Source of the DNA: Obrimoposthia wandeli
Taxonomy: Eukaryota
Direction: 5' to 3'
Assembly: GCA_977020255.1 (NCBI GenBank)
Contig: CDROCS010006375.1
Span: 1-64,000 of the forward strand
DNA length: 64,000 nucleotides
The translations under genes and the position numbers were made by a program. How positions within the stretch are numbered: the first letter of the stretch is position 1; every line of letters starts with the position of its first letter. A model generated the notes under the pieces. That model saw only the letters and a list, made by a program, of their open reading frames with translations. It was not told the DNA's origin and made no database searches. Positions 59,425 to 64,000 of this stretch are shown piece by piece.

Positions 59425-60212
59425 AGCATTCTCCGCTTGTTTTTGGTGAGAAAGGCATCACTGAGAGTACCTCCAAGCGCTTTGGTAACGTCAACGGCAG
59501 CTTGAATGACCAAGGTGGCAATCTCATCTTCGCGCTCACTATTCATACGCGAAGCCGGGCTGGCCACTGCAACAGCACCTATCGGTGTTCCTGTCGCATC
59601 AAAGAAAGGTGCCGCAATACCATAAACTTCACTCTCATAAGTTTGATTGGAAACGGCGTAGCCTTTTAGCCGTGTTTCCAAGAGCTCAATTTTTAGTGCC
59701 TCCAGACTATCGACAGTTTCACTGGTGTATTTTTCCAGTTCATCAACCATTAACTCCTCAAAGCGATCTTTACTCGAAAAAGCCAAATAGGACAGCCCGG
59801 ATGCTGTCGCGTGAATAGGCAGCGGCTCATCGTCTTGTAAATGAACCCGAATGACTCGCGTTGACGCAGAGATACCAATGGACATCATATTGGTGTCGAT
59901 ACCGGCAGAGAGTGAGGCGTGTGCCGTTTCTTCTGTGGATTGAGTGAGCTGGTGTAATATCGGTTCAACAATACTGACCATCGGCGAATTGGTCTCGCGG
60001 ATTCTCGCCAGCTGTAAAAAGCCAATTCCCAAGCGATAATCGCGTGTTTCTAAATTTTGTTCGATAAACGCGTGTTTTTGTAATGCAACAAGTAAGCGTC
60101 GCGTGCCAGCCTTATCTATCTTTGCCATACGCGACAACTCGGACAGTCCTATTTCCGGTCTCTGGGTACTAAACAGCCCAAGAAGTTTCATCGCCTTATC
60201 TACAGTTTGCAT
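59421..60212 (-). CDS. IclR-family regulator
   Basis: TVDKAMKLL..F, LPIHATASG, YGIAAP, GAVAVA. Confidence 0.9.
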   Translation of the reverse strand: MQTVDKAMKLLGLFSTQRPEIGLSELSRMAKIDKAGTRRLLVALQKHAFIEQNLETRDYRLGIGFLQLARIRETNSPMVSIVEPILHQLTQSTEETAHASLSAGIDTNMMSIGISASTRVIRVHLQDDEPLPIHATASGLSYLAFSSKDRFEELMVDELEKYTSETVDSLEALKIELLETRLKGYAVSNQTYESEVYGIAAPFFDATGTPIGAVAVASPASRMNSEREDEIATLVIQAAVDVTKALGGTLSDAFLTKNKRRML

Positions 60213-60396
60213 TTTTTCTCCACGCTAAACCTTTCTATCGCTGATGCTGAATCGCCGCAATAACCGACCGATTCCGCTTTAGAATTATGTTGACAGCTAA
60301 AAAAAGAAAATGCAATAATTATTTGAACCACTGGTTCTAATAATGAACCGATAAGTTAATTAATCACCTACACACGATAATATTGAGGGATAGACA

Positions 60397-61341
60397 ATGA
60401 AAAAAATAAATACCTTAGTCTCAGCCGTGATTGCCTCGAGCTGTCTAATGATGGGCACAGCCCAGGCCGAGTATCCAAACAAACCAGTATCGATCGTTGT
60501 GCCTTTCCCGCCGGGTGATTTAGAAGATGTGACCAGTCGTATGATTGCCAATACGTTTCAAGATATGTACAAAGTACCTGCTGCGGTCATCAATAAGCCA
60601 GGTGGCGGCGGTGGCCCTTTTCCGGGCGCCGTTAGTGTTGCGCAGGCGAAACCAGACGGCTACACCATAGGTTCCTTCGTTATAGGCGTGCCGTTAGTCG
60701 GCCCTAAAATAGGTATTCCCGAGCTGACTCCTGACCCTTTTGAGCCTATCGGAATTTATCTAACCTACCCCTTTGTCATTGTCGCCTCTAAAAATGCGCC
60801 GTATCAAACACTGGAAGAGATGGCGGAACACGCCAAGAGCAACAAACTAATATTGGGTCATTTTGGTGCGCCGCTGATACCTTCAAAAGTGACAATCGCT
60901 CTAGCCAAAAAAATGGATTTCAATTGGGCTTCTGAAGCGGGCTTTGACGCTCTAGATTGCAATACGTTAGCGTCAGGTGATGTCGATGTCATGAACACGA
61001 CACTACAGCTTGTACTACCTTGTTTGGACAAGGTTAATATTTTAGCAACTGTCACAGAAGAGCGAATCAGTACCATCCCTGAGGTTCGTACCGTAGGTGA
61101 GCTTTTCCCTGACTTAAAAATTGGTTTGTGGAACGGTATCTTTGTTCATAAAGACACCCCACAAGAAGCGCGGACTAAAATTGCAGCGGCAGTAAAAAAG
61201 ACTGTGTTAAGTAACCAAGCACAAGACCTATCCGCTAAAACAGGTGCTTCGATTTATTGGAAGGACACTGCGCAAGCCAATCAACAGATAGACACCGATA
61301 AAAAAACATTTGCTAGCTTGCAGGTACTTTTAAACGATTGA
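60397..61341 (+). CDS. tctC: Tripartite tricarboxylate transporter substrate-binding protein (Bug/TctC)
   Basis: YPNKPVSIVVPFPPG, NKPGGGG, KPDGYT. Confidence 0.9.
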   Translation: MKKINTLVSAVIASSCLMMGTAQAEYPNKPVSIVVPFPPGDLEDVTSRMIANTFQDMYKVPAAVINKPGGGGGPFPGAVSVAQAKPDGYTIGSFVIGVPLVGPKIGIPELTPDPFEPIGIYLTYPFVIVASKNAPYQTLEEMAEHAKSNKLILGHFGAPLIPSKVTIALAKKMDFNWASEAGFDALDCNTLASGDVDVMNTTLQLVLPCLDKVNILATVTEERISTIPEVRTVGELFPDLKIGLWNGIFVHKDTPQEARTKIAAAVKKTVLSNQAQDLSAKTGASIYWKDTAQANQQIDTDKKTFASLQVLLND

Positions 61342-61375
61342 TCTAACTTGATCATTCACTGCTAAATTATCAACT

Positions 61376-61403
61376 GGCGCAAGTGACCTTGCGCCGTTTT
61401 TTT
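61376..61403 (+). terminator. Rho-independent terminator after tctC
   Basis: GGCGCAAG-TGAC-CTTGCGCC then GTTTTTTT. Confidence 0.8.
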
Positions 61404-61417
61404 GCTGTGACTTTTAC

Positions 61418-62914
61418 TTAGTTTGGGTCGAGCGATATCCATGCTGTTTTCAAATTAATGTACTTATCAAAAGCATGTAGCGAGCGGTCCACTCCATTGC
61501 CTGATTGCTTTACTCCACCCAATGGCACCGTTTGATCGGCACCGCTAAAGCAATTGACCTGTACTACTCCTGCCTTAATTGCCTTAACCATTTTATGTGC
61601 AGTGGCCAAGTTGGAGGTCCAGACCACAGAGGACAGCCCATATATCGTGCTGTTGGCGATCTCAATCGCCTGTTCCATGGTATCGAAACTTAAAATAGAG
61701 AGCACTGGGCCAAAGACTTCTTCTTGAGCGAGCGACATTTGGCTAGTCACCTCACTAAACACGGTCGGCGCGTAGTAGCTGCCACCACTTTCGGACAGCA
61801 GCTTTTTCCCGCCTAGTAATAAATTTGCGCCCTCGGCAATACCCTGCTGCACCTTAGCCTCTATCACCTTCAACTGCGCAGCGTTAGCGATAGCACCCGT
61901 AGTTGATTGCAACTCTAAGGGGTCGCCAATGTGTAACGCTCTGGCATGATCCAGTATTTTTTCGATCAACAACTCCTTCACACTGTGATGCACAATGACT
62001 CTTGATGCGGCGACACACACTTGCCCTGAATTCCTAAAAATTGACGCGGCAGTCTCTTTCGCTACCCGGTCCAAATTAGCGGCGTCGGCAAAAATAATGT
62101 TAGCCGACTTACCACCTAACTCTAAATAGACCCGTTTCATATTGGACTGTGCCGCGTACTCCATCAGGCGTCTACCGACACCCCCTGAACCGGTAAAAGC
62201 TAACACGTCAACATCCATATGTAGACCCAGCGCTTGTCCGCTCTTTTGGCCAAGGCCTGTCACTACATTTAAGACGCCAGATGGAAGTCCCGCTTGAGCA
62301 GCTAACTCTGCGATTTTTAGTAGCGTTAATGAGGCACTTTCGGAAGGTTTTAATACAACACAATTACCTGCCGCTAACGCCGGCCCCAGCTTCCAGGCGC
62401 CTATCATCAGTGGGAAATTCCAAGGTACGATCAAACCAACCACACCAACGGGTTCTCGATGAATCAGACCTAACACCTGATCACTACTCGGTGCTATCTC
62501 GCCATATAGTTTATCCGCTGCTTCTGCGTAATAGCGAATAGTCGCCGCTGCACTCAAGGGTTCCCCTTTTAGGGCCGTTTTAATATCAGTTCCGTTATCG
62601 CGCACCCCAAGCACCGCTATCTCTAGTGCGTGTTGCTCGATCAAATCTGCCCACTTACGCATCACTTTTGCGCGAAACGCAGGGCCTGCATTGGCCCATT
62701 CACCATGGGCAAAAGCGCTTCGCGCTGCCCTTACCGCGTGATCAACATCTACGTCATTAGAATCAACGATGGAAGTAAACACTTTCCCATCGATGGGGCT
62801 CTCAACGTCTAAACGTTGTTCATCTACCCCAGCTAAATGCTGGTTATTGATGAAATTCATTGCCGGCGCCACCTGTTGCTCTCGCAGAGTGTCAATCTCA
62901 CTTTGATCTAACAT
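61418..62914 (-). CDS. Aldehyde dehydrogenase (PuuC-like), copy 2
   Basis: Near-identical signature IAVLGVRDNGT..ALKGEP; LELGGKS, NSGQVC. Confidence 0.9.
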   Translation of the reverse strand: MLDQSEIDTLREQQVAPAMNFINNQHLAGVDEQRLDVESPIDGKVFTSIVDSNDVDVDHAVRAARSAFAHGEWANAGPAFRAKVMRKWADLIEQHALEIAVLGVRDNGTDIKTALKGEPLSAAATIRYYAEAADKLYGEIAPSSDQVLGLIHREPVGVVGLIVPWNFPLMIGAWKLGPALAAGNCVVLKPSESASLTLLKIAELAAQAGLPSGVLNVVTGLGQKSGQALGLHMDVDVLAFTGSGGVGRRLMEYAAQSNMKRVYLELGGKSANIIFADAANLDRVAKETAASIFRNSGQVCVAASRVIVHHSVKELLIEKILDHARALHIGDPLELQSTTGAIANAAQLKVIEAKVQQGIAEGANLLLGGKKLLSESGGSYYAPTVFSEVTSQMSLAQEEVFGPVLSILSFDTMEQAIEIANSTIYGLSSVVWTSNLATAHKMVKAIKAGVVQVNCFSGADQTVPLGGVKQSGNGVDRSLHAFDKYINLKTAWISLDPN

Positions 62915-62929
62915 TTTGCTACCCCTAAA

Positions 62930-63607
62930 TTATTGACCTAAACCTAACAGCCTTCTGGCATCTGCTATGCAGCGTCGAGGTTTAAAAACATCCAACTGTA
63001 AACCGTGCATGCCCACAGCATCCGCTCCCTGTGCGTTGATCAATTGGTCATCGATAAATACGCACTCTTGTGGCGCTAGCTGTAACTCATCCAGACACAG
63101 CTGGTATGCCTGAGGGTCAGGTTTTAGGATATGGGTATAAGTCGCATCGACGATCACATCGACAACGTCAAGGAAAGGTAGCTTTTCACGGATATCAGCA
63201 CCAAAAAACAAATCGAGCTCATTGGAGAGTATCGCCACTTTACGACCGGCATGGTGCGCTTCATACATTAGTTCAATCATTTCTAAACGCATGATAGACA
63301 TAGGATTCTGGCCACGGGCACGCTTGACGAAATCAACCATAGTGGTCCAGGTTTCTCCCACCAGCTCCCCCACTTCTTTTGTTCTGACTAACCAGTAATC
63401 ACGTTGACTAATCAACCCCGCTTCCATATCGCGCCACAACGGATCATTGGCGGGATCAAAGGGGCCCATCCACGTCAATGTATTGGGTTTAAGACCAAGC
63501 TCTCGCTCGGTTTGGGCATGCGTTTCAAACATGGTTAACGAAATGACGCTACCAAAATCAAGCACCAGTGCTTTTGCACTAGTTGGCTCCGCTGTAAGTT
63601 TACTCAT
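62930..63607 (-). CDS. HAD-superfamily hydrolase, copy 2
   Basis: LDFGSV, ILSNELDLF, KPDP.AY, FIDD; ATGA-coupled to the upstream ORF. Confidence 0.85.
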   Translation of the reverse strand: MSKLTAEPTSAKALVLDFGSVISLTMFETHAQTERELGLKPNTLTWMGPFDPANDPLWRDMEAGLISQRDYWLVRTKEVGELVGETWTTMVDFVKRARGQNPMSIMRLEMIELMYEAHHAGRKVAILSNELDLFFGADIREKLPFLDVVDVIVDATYTHILKPDPQAYQLCLDELQLAPQECVFIDDQLINAQGADAVGMHGLQLDVFKPRRCIADARRLLGLGQ

Positions 63608-64000
63608 GTCATGTGATACCAATTGTTAATCATTTGATCGATCTCTGCTGATCGGTAACGCGCCTCTAGGCGAGCAAAGACGTCGTTAACTTGAGCTGTA
63701 CTGGCACTAATTTCTGAAGTAATTACGTCTAAATCATAAACAGAACCGACTGTCGGCAAAACTTCATCGATATGTAACGTTTTACTGTGACGATGCTGCA
63801 GCAAATGTTGATAGGCACCACGATAAAGTGCAGGGTCGTAATCGTCGTTATCACCTTCGGGCTCGATACCCAGTGATAGCGCTAACACTTTAATTTGTTG
63901 CCACATAAAATCGACCACCGCAGGTGGCGCATCCGCCGCTTCTCTTTGATGTTTAGGCTGAGCAATACTTTGAGCGCGACAAGCTACAATATGTTGACGC
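63604..64000 (-). CDS. C-terminal part of an unidentified protein, 5'-truncated by the window edge
   Basis: Frame is open from 63999 to the stop at 63604; its stop overlaps the HAD start (ATGA), so it is probably real and co-translated. Confidence 0.7.
   Translation of the reverse strand, partial: RQHIVACRAQSIAQPKHQREAADAPPAVVDFMWQQIKVLALSLGIEPEGDNDDYDPALYRGAYQHLLQHRHSKTLHIDEVLPTVGSVYDLDVITSEISASTAQVNDVFARLEARYRSAEIDQMINNWYHMT

Noticed and set aside
1-64000. CRISPR array, rRNA, tRNA, IS, prophage or defence genes
   Set aside because: No regularly spaced direct repeats, RNA-gene signatures, transposase, integrase or nuclease motifs were seen.

Overview
This is a gene-dense 64 kb bacterial window, probably from a marine gammaproteobacterium (inferred from moderate GC, AT-rich spacers and gene families; several catabolic genes look Roseobacter-like). 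It holds no rRNA, tRNA, CRISPR array, transposase or phage genes. From left to right it carries: the 3' part of a type IVa pilin; a GntR-type LacI regulator with a broken chemoreceptor; small regulator/effector pairs; a ureohydrolase + LysR + TeaABC-like TRAP locus; LysR + Vmh-type MBL + DsbA; a DmdA-like demethylase + MetF + Lrp; a cobalamin riboswitch leading cbtB-cbtA, a YtkA-like protein and a MauG-type di-heme enzyme; a TauR-like regulator + MMSDH-like dehydrogenase + polyamine-type ABC transporter; a homoprotocatechuate meta-cleavage (hpa) cluster without hpaBC; IclR + sulfatase; a LuxR + PLP phospho-lyase + kinase + ALDH unit; and a large IclR/TTT/aminotransferase/HAD/ALDH/Tm-1-like cluster that runs off the right edge. 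The best novelty candidates are the B12-riboswitch/cobalt locus with a Tyr-ligated di-heme enzyme and Trp/His-containing partner, the uncharacterised TTT/Tm-1 catabolic cluster, the kinase/phospho-lyase pathway, and the DmdA-like/MetF demethylation module. All family calls come from motif recognition by eye; no database search was run.
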